Counted from the first letter of the stretch, positions 37,531 to 47,498 are shown. The stretch: DNA of 64,000 nt from Fibrobacteria bacterium (GCA_050294405.1 JBNKOC010000019.1:29610-93609), one strand, 5' to 3'. The notes: generated by a model not told the origin, from the sequence alone. A program made the numbers and translations.

Positions 37531-38988
37531 CTAATGTTCCCCCACCACAACCCGAAGGAGTTCGGAAACTGTAGTAAGTCCTTGTTTTAATTTCTCCATG
37601 GCGTCTTCCTGTAGGGTATTCACTTTGGCCATGGACTTAATTTCACTCTCCGATAGGCCTTTTTGAATGGCATTTCTTAATTCGGAATTTAATAGTAAAA
37701 GTTCAAACACGCCCATTCTACCCTTAAACCCTGTAAAATCGCAATTTTTACACCCCACTTCCACAGGACATGAGTCGGGCAAATTGGGCAATAGGGCTTT
37801 TTGATCTGGAGTGGGAGCTTCCCATTTGTGGCAATCGGGACAGATTTTACGAATAAGGCGCTGGGCCATTACTCCGATTAAAGCGCTTCCAATTAAAAAT
37901 GGCTTTACTTTTAAATCCAAAAGGCGGGTGAGAGCGGAAACCGAATCGTTGGTATGTAAAGTGGAAAAAACCAAGTGGCCTGTTTGGGCTGCCTGCAAGG
38001 CCATAAAAGCTGTTTCTTCGTCGCGAATTTCTCCCACTAACATCACATCAGGGTCTTGCCGCAAAAGAGACCTTAAAGTAGTAGAAAAATTAAGCCCCGC
38101 TTTTTCATTTACCTGCACCTGATTGGCTCCGTTCAATCTGTATTCAATTGGATCTTCAACGGTGCAAATGTTAATATCTTTATGCAAGATTTCCCGTAAT
38201 GCCGCATATAAAGTGGAAGATTTACCGCTTCCTGTAGGGCCTGTAACAAAAAAGATGCCTTGCGGCTTGTGGATAATTTGCTTTATGGAATTCAGGATGT
38301 ATGGGGGCATTCCCAGCTTATGCAAGTCCGCAATATGGGTGCGATGTCTCAATATCCTAAGAACCACCTTTTCTCCGAGACGAGTGGGAAGGGTACTTAC
38401 CCTAATATCCATGGAATCTCCCCGGTATACCCATTTCATGCGTCCATCGTGAGGAAGGCGCTTTTCGGCAATGTCCAAATCGGATAATATTTTCACCCGA
38501 GAAACTAAGGGGGCCTGAATCCATTTTGGCAAATCCAATTTATCCCGAAGCATACCGTCTTTGCGATACCTTATTTTTACCCCTTCTTCTCCAGGTTCCA
38601 CATGAATATCAGTGGCTCCTTCCTGAATAGCCCCTTCAATAACATCTTTCACCAGTTTCACTACAGGCTCCGCCTGGCTCTTTTCCTTGAGCTTTTCAAT
38701 AGAGCCTTCATCTTCCACTTCAATTTCAGCCTGGATTAAGCTCCAATCCGTGGATGTGGTTTCTTCAGCCTGGGAATTAAGTTTTTTATAAAGCTCTTCG
38801 AACTCCCTGGCGTCCATTTCTTCCAGTGAAATTTCTGTTCCCAGACGAAGCTCTAACGCCTCAATGGCCAACTCTTCATATTTATCTGTGGCAAAAGTTT
38901 TAACACTGCCATTTACCAATGGGAAACAACGGAATTTATTGCAAAAATCCATTCCTAAAACTGAAAGTGTTTGAGCGTCTATTTCCAC
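37531..38988 (-). CDS. gspE: T2SS/T4P assembly ATPase (GspE/PilB family)
   Basis: ATDIHVEP, GPTGSGKSSTL, TVEDPIEY, LRQDPDVMLVGEIRD, GHLVFSTLHTN, tetra-Cys CPDC/CKNC. Confidence 0.93.
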   Translation of the reverse strand: MEIDAQTLSVLGMDFCNKFRCFPLVNGSVKTFATDKYEELAIEALELRLGTEISLEEMDAREFEELYKKLNSQAEETTSTDWSLIQAEIEVEDEGSIEKLKEKSQAEPVVKLVKDVIEGAIQEGATDIHVEPGEEGVKIRYRKDGMLRDKLDLPKWIQAPLVSRVKILSDLDIAEKRLPHDGRMKWVYRGDSMDIRVSTLPTRLGEKVVLRILRHRTHIADLHKLGMPPYILNSIKQIIHKPQGIFFVTGPTGSGKSSTLYAALREILHKDINICTVEDPIEYRLNGANQVQVNEKAGLNFSTTLRSLLRQDPDVMLVGEIRDEETAFMALQAAQTGHLVFSTLHTNDSVSALTRLLDLKVKPFLIGSALIGVMAQRLIRKICPDCHKWEAPTPDQKALLPNLPDSCPVEVGCKNCDFTGFKGRMGVFELLLLNSELRNAIQKGLSESEIKSMAKVNTLQEDAMEKLKQGLTTVSELLRVVVGEH

Positions 38989-39164
38989 AATAATTAGCTA
39001 TAAAGGATTGAATTTATAAATTAAAAGACAATTTGCCGAATCATAATTTAGCCAAATTCAAGTTTAAACCCAAGCTGAATGCTTTTTAGCGATTTTTCTA
39101 TTTTATCCATGTGTAGGGAAACAAATTCTTTATGTTGGTTTAGTGGAAATCAGGGGTATATTTC

Positions 39165-42100
39165 GTGGATATTTCGGCAATTAAAAAAAAGCTGGACAAC
39201 TCAGTTGATTCCAGCGCTTCAGATAATCATTTTCCCCATAAAATTGCAGAATTAGCTGAAGCTATAGCCCTTGCGGCCAACAAGTCTGAAAGCTCTGAAG
39301 AAAAGATAAGAAGAAAAAACCTAGCCCCCCTTTTAGCCAATAACCAGGCGAAAAATTTCATATTTGAAATGACCGACAGAATCGCCCGATTAAAAAACCC
39401 GGAACTGCAAAGCGAAGTCTTTAATCAGCTATTGACAAAATACAATGCCGCCAAAATGTTTTCAGGAAAGCAAAAAATTCTTCTTCAAATTTTTCCGTGG
39501 TTATCCAGTATTTTTCCAAATTACAGCGGCTTAAAAATTCTGGAAGAATTGCAAAAACAAAGTGAAGGGGTCATCAAAGTATGGGATTTAAATAACATAT
39601 CTCCTTACATGGAAAAAACGAAGCACAAAGGTATAAGGACTAACATAAACTTATTAGGGGAGGCCATATTAGGAGAAGATGAAGCCCAAAAACGGCTTAA
39701 CAGTTATGAACAATTGTTAAGCGAGCCGAAAATAGATTACATATCCGTTAAACTATCTTCGCTATACAGCCAGTTTTCCCCCTTATCCTGGAAAAGCTCT
39801 GAAGGCATTATCGCGCAAAGATTGGAAAAGCTTTTTTCATTATGTATGGACACAAATTCAAAGCAAATAAAGTTCATTAATTTTGACATGGAATATTACG
39901 CGGAGCTTGAATTTGTGATTGAACTTTTCAAATCCACTTTATCCAAGGATAAGTTTAAAAACCTTAGTGCCGGAGTCGCCATTCAATGTTATTTACCCAA
40001 TTCCGAAAATGTATACCATTCTTTATTGGAATTCGCAAAACAAAGGGTTGAAAATAAGGGTGCCCCTATAAAAATACGCTTGGTAAAAGGGGCGAATTTA
40101 AATGTGGAAAAGGCTGAATCAAGTATCAAAAATTGGCCTCTTCCCATGTATAAAACAAAAACTGAAGTGGATGCCAATTTTAAGAGAATGTTAGATTTAA
40201 GCTTACAGCCAGACAATCTTAAATACATCCATATTGGAATCGCTAGCCATAACATATTCGATATTTCCTATGGCCTTTTTTTATGGGGCAAAAATAATTA
40301 TTCAAAAAGTATCAGTTTTGAAATGCTGGAAGGAATGGCCCCTGCCCTTTCCAGGGTTCTGGCCGAAATTTGCCAAAATGTAATTCTATACACTCCCATT
40401 GTTTCCCCCAAAGATTTTCATAGCGCCATTGCCTATCTTGTGCGACGTTTAGATGAAAACACCACTGATGGAAATTTTTTAAGGGAGATTTTTTCCCTTG
40501 CAGTTGGAAATTCTGCCTGGGAAAAACAAAAAGAACATTTTTATGAGTCCTTTAAACTAAAGGAGCATAAAAATAAATTTAATGAAAATTCAATCAAAAC
40601 TGCATCCGAAAGGTTCGACGCTGAAGAAAATTTTACGAATTGCACCGATAGCGATTGGCGGGAAATAGAAATCAGGGCCAAAGTTCGGGATAGTTTTAAA
40701 AAAATTTCTCAATTGGAAATCGAACCCATTCCCCTATGTGTTGAAGGGCGACATATTAACCTCAGCGATACAGAAACTGGTTCATCTCCGAACCCTGGAG
40801 AGAAAAGAGCCTACACTTATTCAGTAGCTAATATTGGAATTGTGGATAATGCCTTCAGCAGCGCCGCCAATGGCCATAAAGATTGGGACTCCCTGGATAT
40901 TAACATACGCAAAAACATTCTCACCAAATGCGCAGAACTTATAGAGAAAAACAGGTTCCATTTAGCAGCAACCATGGCCTATGATGTAAGCAAATCTGTC
41001 TACGAAGGAGATGGAGAAGTTTCAGAAGCCATAGATTTTGCCAACTATTATATCAAAAATTATCAAAATCATTTAAAGCTATGCCCCCAGTTGGAGAGTA
41101 AAAGCCTGGGAACTGTTGTGGTGGCTCCTCCCTGGAACTTCCCCCTGGCCATACCGGCGGGAGGGATTTTTGCGGCTTTAAGTGCTGGCAATTCAGTTAT
41201 CCTAAAACCTGCGCCTGAAGCGGTATTAACCAGTTGGGAATTGTGCAAAATTCTATGGGAAGCCGGAGTTCCCAAAAATGTATTGCAATTTTTGCCCTGT
41301 CGCGATGACCAAACGGGCAAGCATTTAATTTGCCATGAAAGGGCTCAGGCGGTGATACTAACGGGATCGCTGGAAACAGCCAGGTTATTTTATAGTTGGA
41401 AACCCGAATTGAATTTATTTGCAGAAACATCCGGCAAAAATTCCATCATCGTCAGCTCCCAGGCTGACTTGGATTTAGCCGTACAGGGAATTGTACATTC
41501 TGCTTTTTCCCACAATGGCCAAAAGTGCAGTGCTTGCAGCCTGCTCATTTTACCAAAGGATGTTTATGCCAATAAAAAATTTTTGAGTCAATTAAAAGAT
41601 GCAACAGCCTCTCTCCCTGCGGGGCATTCTTATGATTTTAAAAATAAAATTACGGGCCTTAGTCTTGAACCCGAAAGCAAATTAAAAAGAGCACTTAGCC
41701 AGCTAGATGACGGGGAAAGCTGGCTTTTAGAACCCAGAAACATTGAAGGACGAATATGGACCCCTGGGATTAAACTGGGAGTTAAACCGGGATCTTGGTT
41801 TCAGCAAAATGAATGTTTCGGACCTGTATTGGGAATTATTTGCGCTGAGGATTTAAGGGGTGCCGTGCGCATTGCAAACGAAAATATGTTTGGTCTTACC
41901 GCAGGCTTGTATAGTCTTGACCCTTTGGAAATTGACTATTGGAAAAAACATATTGAGGCCGGTAACTTGTATGTAAACAGATCTATTACCGGTGCGATTG
42001 TTCAAAGACAGCCTTTCGGTGGTTGGAAAAATTCAGTGGTTGGAAAAGGGGCCAAGGCTGGAGGTCCAAATTATCTTTGGCAATTCTGCCAAAACAGCAT

Positions 42101-42698
42101 GCCAATAAATGGAGAATATCAAAACATGCTCCCCAGTAATTTGAAAAATTATTGGAAAGAAAAAACTGCCGATTATCTAAGCCAAACGGATTGGAAAATC
42201 TTTTTAGAATACCTTGGGGACTTTCATTATTCCTGGAACGAACATTTTGCCGAAGCTAAAGATTTTACCGGCCTTAAATACGAATCCAACTTCTTTCAAT
42301 ACAAACCCCATGCTAAATTATTGTTTCGAGTGCAAAAGAAAGACCAGGCCCTGGAAGTATTAAAAATAGTAATGGCCGCTTCCATAACCGCTAACAAGCT
42401 TGAAATTTCCGCAGCGCTTAACGATTACCATTTCGAAAAACTGGCTGATATCCATAATGTTTCTTATATATGCGAAGACCTCCCCCATTTAATACAGCGC
42501 TTGCCTCAGGAGCCTGTAGGGCTGCGCTATTTTTCCCTGGAACCTCCAAAAAGAAAGCTTTTAGAACAATTGAGGAAAACAAACATATATTTCAATTCTG
42601 GACCGGTTTCCCAAAGCGGTTATTTAGAATTAAAAGCTTTTTTACGGGAACAGAGCGTTTGTCATTTAATTCACAGATACGGAAATATTACCGTTTAG
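39165..42698 (+). CDS. putA: Bifunctional proline dehydrogenase / P5C dehydrogenase
   Basis: NINLLGEAILG, DMEYY, RLVKGAN, ASHN, YLVRRLDEN; ALDH motifs PWNFP, AETSGKN, GQKCSAC, ECFGP; no N-terminal RHH evident. Confidence 0.95.
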   Translation: MDISAIKKKLDNSVDSSASDNHFPHKIAELAEAIALAANKSESSEEKIRRKNLAPLLANNQAKNFIFEMTDRIARLKNPELQSEVFNQLLTKYNAAKMFSGKQKILLQIFPWLSSIFPNYSGLKILEELQKQSEGVIKVWDLNNISPYMEKTKHKGIRTNINLLGEAILGEDEAQKRLNSYEQLLSEPKIDYISVKLSSLYSQFSPLSWKSSEGIIAQRLEKLFSLCMDTNSKQIKFINFDMEYYAELEFVIELFKSTLSKDKFKNLSAGVAIQCYLPNSENVYHSLLEFAKQRVENKGAPIKIRLVKGANLNVEKAESSIKNWPLPMYKTKTEVDANFKRMLDLSLQPDNLKYIHIGIASHNIFDISYGLFLWGKNNYSKSISFEMLEGMAPALSRVLAEICQNVILYTPIVSPKDFHSAIAYLVRRLDENTTDGNFLREIFSLAVGNSAWEKQKEHFYESFKLKEHKNKFNENSIKTASERFDAEENFTNCTDSDWREIEIRAKVRDSFKKISQLEIEPIPLCVEGRHINLSDTETGSSPNPGEKRAYTYSVANIGIVDNAFSSAANGHKDWDSLDINIRKNILTKCAELIEKNRFHLAATMAYDVSKSVYEGDGEVSEAIDFANYYIKNYQNHLKLCPQLESKSLGTVVVAPPWNFPLAIPAGGIFAALSAGNSVILKPAPEAVLTSWELCKILWEAGVPKNVLQFLPCRDDQTGKHLICHERAQAVILTGSLETARLFYSWKPELNLFAETSGKNSIIVSSQADLDLAVQGIVHSAFSHNGQKCSACSLLILPKDVYANKKFLSQLKDATASLPAGHSYDFKNKITGLSLEPESKLKRALSQLDDGESWLLEPRNIEGRIWTPGIKLGVKPGSWFQQNECFGPVLGIICAEDLRGAVRIANENMFGLTAGLYSLDPLEIDYWKKHIEAGNLYVNRSITGAIVQRQPFGGWKNSVVGKGAKAGGPNYLWQFCQNSMPINGEYQNMLPSNLKNYWKEKTADYLSQTDWKIFLEYLGDFHYSWNEHFAEAKDFTGLKYESNFFQYKPHAKLLFRVQKKDQALEVLKIVMAASITANKLEISAALNDYHFEKLADIHNVSYICEDLPHLIQRLPQEPVGLRYFSLEPPKRKLLEQLRKTNIYFNSGPVSQSGYLELKAFLREQSVCHLIHRYGNITV

Positions 42699-42704
42699 CA
42701 TAAT

Positions 42705-42740
42705 AAAAAAGCCCCAGCCATTTCTGGCCAGGGCTCTTCT
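42705..42740. terminator. Probable bidirectional terminator
   Basis: AAAAAAGCCC-cagccatttctggcca-GGGCTCTT between convergent genes. Confidence 0.6.
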
Positions 42741-42757
42741 CGTGCATCCAAAAAAAC

Positions 42758-43771
42758 TTAAGCGTCAGCTTCTTCCTGCTGAAGCCTTAAAAGCCTTTTA
42801 TTTAAGGCTTGCCGGGTCAGCCCAATAATTTTTGCAGCTTTAGACTGATTGTAATTTGTCCTTTTTAAAGCTTCTCTAATGAGTTCCAAATTAACTTGTC
42901 TTAAAGTGGGTAAAGTTTTTGAAAAAATCACCTGGGAATCCTGATTCATGTATTCCATGGTTTTTGGAATAGTCACAACTTCGTTTTTGCGTCCAGGTTT
43001 TTTACCGGTACTATGATATACGATGCTTGTTTGAACCATTCCCATCCAAAAATCGTCTTCCGTATTTTCTATGTTAAGTTTCTTAACATGCCATTTAAAA
43101 ATTTCACCTTTCCCGCTTTTAGAGTAATTTTTTTGCTCGAGAAAAAATTCCCCTTCTGGATTTACCCGCGTGGAAAATTGCCGCATAAATTCCGGTGAAG
43201 TATCGCTTCCGCAAATCACGTTAATATTTTGAACCTCCAGCTCCCCACTTCCGTATCCGAAAGCTTCCTCAAAAAGCTTATTAGCTGTATTGATTTTCGT
43301 AACCCCTCCAGCATCCCGGCTGATAATAGCCAGAGGAACGGGAAGGTTTTCAAAGGCCTTAATGGAATAGTCCAGCTTTGACTGGGACTCTGGCGCTGAT
43401 TTTAAACTTGTTGGAGTCAATCTGCATTCTGAAACCACACCATGAACCGTAGCGTAATCAAATGGAGATTCAATTACATCCACAATGCCCAATTGGATGG
43501 TTTTTTTAAATATTTCTCTGGTCCATTTATGGGTTAGCAAGATTACTTGACAGTAGGCGTTTTTTATATTTTCCCGGTTGAACTCCATAATATTGGAATT
43601 TGCTGCCACATCCTCACTAATGAATAAGATATTGATAAATTTCTTTTTAAGAATTTCCAGACCCTGGACCCAATTGTCCACGCTTTCCACTTCTCCATAT
43701 TCTTCTAATAAGCTCACCAGTGGCTGAGTGTTCATTTTTCCGTTGTCTATAATTAGCGTATGGGTAATCAT
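42758..43771 (-). CDS. Atypical receiver + PAS + Fis-type HTH regulator lacking the AAA+ domain
   Basis: REC-like N-terminus (NILFISED, no phospho-Asp); PAS (NKLFEEAFGY...NYSKSG); IREALKRTNYNQSKAAKIIGLTRQALNKRL. Confidence 0.75.
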   Translation of the reverse strand: MITHTLIIDNGKMNTQPLVSLLEEYGEVESVDNWVQGLEILKKKFINILFISEDVAANSNIMEFNRENIKNAYCQVILLTHKWTREIFKKTIQLGIVDVIESPFDYATVHGVVSECRLTPTSLKSAPESQSKLDYSIKAFENLPVPLAIISRDAGGVTKINTANKLFEEAFGYGSGELEVQNINVICGSDTSPEFMRQFSTRVNPEGEFFLEQKNYSKSGKGEIFKWHVKKLNIENTEDDFWMGMVQTSIVYHSTGKKPGRKNEVVTIPKTMEYMNQDSQVIFSKTLPTLRQVNLELIREALKRTNYNQSKAAKIIGLTRQALNKRLLRLQQEEADA

Positions 43772-43899
43772 ATTTCTCCCTTCCGTTTTGTAGGGGGTTA
43801 ACGCAAAGATTAGACCATTTCTAAAAATGAAGACAAATCGAGCTTTTTAAATGAAAAAAGCCAATTTGAAATTATTTCTTCCAGAAAAAAGCTTTACAG

Positions 43900-43939
43900 A
43901 GTCAAATTTGATTTACATCCTTGTAAAACTTTTTTTACA
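43900..43939. promoter_or_regulatory. Tandem TGTAAA-N6-TTTACA boxes (TyrR/bEBP-type UAS)
   Basis: Perfect TGTAAA-actttt-TTTACA at 43922-43939 and weak AGTCAA-atttga-TTTACA at 43900-43917. Confidence 0.6.
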
Positions 43940-43963
43940 TCTGAAACTCATTTTGCAGGTATT

Positions 43964-44920
43964 TTAAAGGGGATTTTTAATGGACTCTCCCAAAGTCAGG
44001 CTTCGGATTTCCTGAAATACCCGTTGCTGCAATTCCAGGTCTTCGGGCCTAATGGTATTTCGTCCACTCAAGCGGGTAAAAACGTGAAGTGGTGAGTCCA
44101 ACATTTTTAATTTTTTCTCACCCCCACCAGAGTTTTTCAGACCTTTATACATAATTAAGCCGCTTATGGGATCGGCAACTTTGTCGCCTTTGGATTTATA
44201 AATGTAGAGGTTGGTTCCGGAAGGAAGATTCAACCCATCTTCAAGACGGTGCCGGATTTTATTAATCACTTCAAACAATTCATAAAGAGCTTCCTGTGGG
44301 CGATTGGCGTACCAATGGGCCAATTCTTCTTCCTCTGGAGTGGAAATAGAATTGCCGATAATAGGGCCAATCATATCCACCAGGGATAAAATTTTAGCCC
44401 CAGGCACCACAATAGCATCCACCATTATGAGATTTTTTGGCTGAGTTAAGTTTTTAAAAAAGCCCCTTTCCAACATTTCCACTATTAGGGCTCCTCCGGT
44501 AGAGCTTCCTGCCAGGGTTATGTTTTCAAATCCCAAATCTGACAAACGCTTATACTCATCCATTATGGGTTTTTGCCAGTCCTCCCAGCTGCTTTCCTTA
44601 AATGCTTTATAGTTTCGTCCATGGCCCCCCAGTAAAACTCTGGAAAGCAAGAAATCCTGAGTACTGTCTCTAAAATTTGAAAAATCCAGCCACTCATAAG
44701 TAGTGGCCGTAAACCCATGTACGGCTATAACCACAGGAACCTGTTTTAAGGAGTCAGAAGGGTTGGGAAAACTGTCGGAGACTAAATAAGAAAGGCTGTC
44801 AAATACCATGTTTCCATCAAGCATAGTTTCATGATCGATTTCCGCCTCGGTAATTTCACAATTTTGAAGGCTTAAAGATAAGGCCAACAACAGCAATACT
44901 AACATTAAATTCCGTTTCAT
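43964..44920 (-). CDS. Alpha/beta hydrolase (esterase/lipase) lipoprotein
   Basis: Lipobox LQNC, HGFTAT, GGHG, GSSTG nucleophile elbow, DKVAD, HVF. Confidence 0.85.
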   Translation of the reverse strand: MKRNLMLVLLLLALSLSLQNCEITEAEIDHETMLDGNMVFDSLSYLVSDSFPNPSDSLKQVPVVIAVHGFTATTYEWLDFSNFRDSTQDFLLSRVLLGGHGRNYKAFKESSWEDWQKPIMDEYKRLSDLGFENITLAGSSTGGALIVEMLERGFFKNLTQPKNLIMVDAIVVPGAKILSLVDMIGPIIGNSISTPEEEELAHWYANRPQEALYELFEVINKIRHRLEDGLNLPSGTNLYIYKSKGDKVADPISGLIMYKGLKNSGGGEKKLKMLDSPLHVFTRLSGRNTIRPEDLELQQRVFQEIRSLTLGESIKNPL

Positions 44921-45462
44921 TTATTACCTCCCAAAGAAAAGGGAAACTCCCAGGACATTTTGCTGTGAAGGGGGTACACTACGCCTTGGCCGTTAGCAAG
45001 ATTAAATCCAAATTGAAAATTAGGGCCGCCCCAAACCGGATGTATGGCAAATCGGGAACCAAATCCCACTCCATATATAAATGAAATATTACTCTCATAA
45101 ACATCGAAACCTTCCGTATCGATATAAGCATAGCCCCACATTAATCGAATGGACGGCTGCCAGAGCTTATCCGTTCTGAAAAATAAGGCCGGTAAAAATT
45201 CCATTTTATCCTGGCGCAAAGCTAAAGAGTTTATGCCGGACCCCAGTTTGGAGCTGGTGTAGGATATTTCCAACTGCAAGCGATGGCTCCACAATTTTTG
45301 GTGGGAAAGAGAAAGGGAAACTCCATTGTACCAAAAACCGTTATGTTCTTTTTGAAACTGAAGCCCGGGTCGAAGCAAAAGATCACCCCCGACCTGCCCT
45401 ATTGCGAAAACAGGCATAAACATCAAACTGATCCCTAGGAAGGACCGAATTGTTTTTAGCAT
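44917..45462 (-). CDS. Small outer-membrane beta-barrel coupled to the esterase
   Basis: Signal peptide, amphipathic strands, 4-nt overlap with the esterase start. Confidence 0.6.
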   Translation of the reverse strand: MLKTIRSFLGISLMFMPVFAIGQVGGDLLLRPGLQFQKEHNGFWYNGVSLSLSHQKLWSHRLQLEISYTSSKLGSGINSLALRQDKMEFLPALFFRTDKLWQPSIRLMWGYAYIDTEGFDVYESNISFIYGVGFGSRFAIHPVWGGPNFQFGFNLANGQGVVYPLHSKMSWEFPFSLGGNK

Positions 45463-45495
45463 AAATGTTCTCCAACTTAACGTAAAAATGAATAT

Positions 45496-45530
45496 AAAAA
45501 AAACTGAGCCTGTTTTAAAGCTCAGTTTTT
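45496..45530. terminator. Intrinsic terminator after the flavodoxin gene
   Basis: AAAAACTGAGC-ctgttttaaa-GCTCAGTTTTT with A/T tracts on both sides. Confidence 0.7.
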
Positions 45531-45562
45531 AAAATTCCTAAAAAATATAATTGAATTAAAAT

Positions 45563-46135
45563 TTATGCTTTAGGAGCAAAATCAGCCGGGCGGCGCGCGT
45601 AACTCTGTTTTAAAGGATGGCTGGCCTCGTTTTTATCCACATAGAAACTTACCCATTCTGCCAAACGACGACCCAAACTCACCGCACCTTGTTGGTAATC
45701 TTCTTTTTCAGGAGCGGCTGCGGAAATAGCACCGTAATGAGAACTATGGGTGGCAGTGGCGTAGTCCGTCACACCGAAAACCATAAAGCCAAAATTCAAT
45801 AACATAGATAACAATTCCATACATAGTATTTCGGAGCCTCCGCCAGAAGAACCAGAGCTGCTGAAGCTGCAAGCGAACTTTCCATCAACATGAGACCAAA
45901 CAGTATGGGGCAAATCATCCCACCATTTTTTAGCTTCCCAGGGAATAGCCCCGTAATGAGTAGGAGTGCCGAACGCAAGGCCGTCGCACCAGATAATATC
46001 ATCACCAGTCGCCTTCTCCAGTGGTAACATGCGGATTTCGCAGTTAGAAACTTCTTTCGCGCCTTGAGCTACGAATTCGGCCAACTTTTCGGTGTTGCCT
46101 GAGTCTGATTTGTATAAAATTAAAACTTTTCCCAT
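45563..46135 (-). CDS. Flavodoxin-like / WrbA-family NAD(P)H:quinone oxidoreductase
   Basis: YKSDSGNTEKLA, GTPTHYG, FSSSGSSGGGSE, HYGA. Confidence 0.85.
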   Translation of the reverse strand: MGKVLILYKSDSGNTEKLAEFVAQGAKEVSNCEIRMLPLEKATGDDIIWCDGLAFGTPTHYGAIPWEAKKWWDDLPHTVWSHVDGKFACSFSSSGSSGGGSEILCMELLSMLLNFGFMVFGVTDYATATHSSHYGAISAAAPEKEDYQQGAVSLGRRLAEWVSFYVDKNEASHPLKQSYARRPADFAPKA

Positions 46136-46472
46136 TTATCTGAATCGCCTTTTTTTTAAACTAATATAAACTTTCCATAAAGGTATCCAATCCCCCTTAA
46201 AATCATTGGTACACTTTAGTTGAAATGAGGTATATTTTAAGCAGCTTCCTGGGTTTTTATGGGCCCAGTGCCGTTAAAAATCACCAAAAATCAGGATTAT
46301 TTCCCAATATTTAAAGGTTGTTGCAAATAATAAGACTTTTTGAACGATTTGTAAAAGTTAGGCAGCCCATATAGTGGTTTTTGGCTGCCTATCATAAATA
46401 ATCCGCTTCACTTTTATCTTCCCATAGGAAAATAAGACCATAAAATACCATTTAGCAACATAGGCCTTATTT

Positions 46473-47498
46473 TTAAGAACGTTCAAATAGATAGTGGCCT
46501 ACCAACCATTCTTGTCCTTTGTTATATCCGAACAATTCCGCGCAAGCCATAAAAAACACCCTCCAATATACAAACCATTTCAAAGCTTCTTTTTGGCCAT
46601 ATGTGCTTTCTAAAATGGGCATGATTTTATCTTTATTTTTATCCAGATTTTGCAGCCAATGTTCAGATGTTTTTTGATAATGGCTGCCGCTCACTTCCCA
46701 GCTTCTTTTCACTTCCAAATCCTCATCAAACTTAGATAACAAGTTGTATGAGGGCATTTGCCCCCCGGTAAAAAAATAACGGGCCATCCAATCTGTCTCA
46801 TCCACAGGTTCAAACTTATAAGCCAGATTTTTATGGCAAAATATATGTGCGAATAGTTTTCCATCCGGTTTCAACCAACGGGATACTTTTTGAAAAAGCA
46901 GTTTATAGTTGCGCATATGTTCAAACATTTCAATACTTACAATTCGATTGAATTTTAATTCCAGTTCCAGCTCATTAATATCTGCCGTTATGATTTTAAT
47001 GTTGCTAACACCCAATTTTTGGGCCCTTTCCATTATAAATTCTTTTTGAGGTCTGGAGTTTGAAACCAAAGTGAATCGACTTGTGGGAAATTTTTTAGCG
47101 GCGTAGAGGGAAAAAGATCCCCAACCGCAACCCAAATCTAAAATATCCATGTTATCAGAAATTTCCGCTCGCTGGCAATAGAGTTCAAGCATGGCAGCTT
47201 CTGCCTCCGAAAGACTTTCCGTTCCCCTCGGATAATAGCAAGAGGAGTATTTTAGATTTTCTCCCAGGCACAATTCAAAAAATTTTGGGGGAAGTTCGTA
47301 GTGCTGTTCATTGGCTTCTTGTGTATGAACAGCAATGGGGCTATTTTTTAAATCTTCCACATAAGCGGACATTCCTTTTTCAAAATGCAGTCTTTCTTCG
47401 CTGCGAATTCGCTCTGCGCATAATTTTCGAATAAAATGGCGTATTACAAAATCAGGCAGTTTATTTTTTTCCATTAAGGCATAACCTAATTTATACAT
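46473..47498 (-). CDS. Cfa/coclaurine N-methyltransferase-like SAM methyltransferase
   Basis: ANEQHYELP, LKYSSC, LDLGCGWGS, VSIEMFEHMRNY, WMARYFFTGG, WRVFFMACAELF; ATG 47498 with GGAG RBS. Confidence 0.9.
   Translation of the reverse strand: MYKLGYALMEKNKLPDFVIRHFIRKLCAERIRSEERLHFEKGMSAYVEDLKNSPIAVHTQEANEQHYELPPKFFELCLGENLKYSSCYYPRGTESLSEAEAAMLELYCQRAEISDNMDILDLGCGWGSFSLYAAKKFPTSRFTLVSNSRPQKEFIMERAQKLGVSNIKIITADINELELELKFNRIVSIEMFEHMRNYKLLFQKVSRWLKPDGKLFAHIFCHKNLAYKFEPVDETDWMARYFFTGGQMPSYNLLSKFDEDLEVKRSWEVSGSHYQKTSEHWLQNLDKNKDKIMPILESTYGQKEALKWFVYWRVFFMACAELFGYNKGQEWLVGHYLFERS

Noticed and set aside
43000..43350. Blue-light LOV photoreceptor
   Set aside because: The canonical GxNCRFLQ photoactive Cys motif is absent (reads QNINVIC), so it is kept only as a PAS domain.
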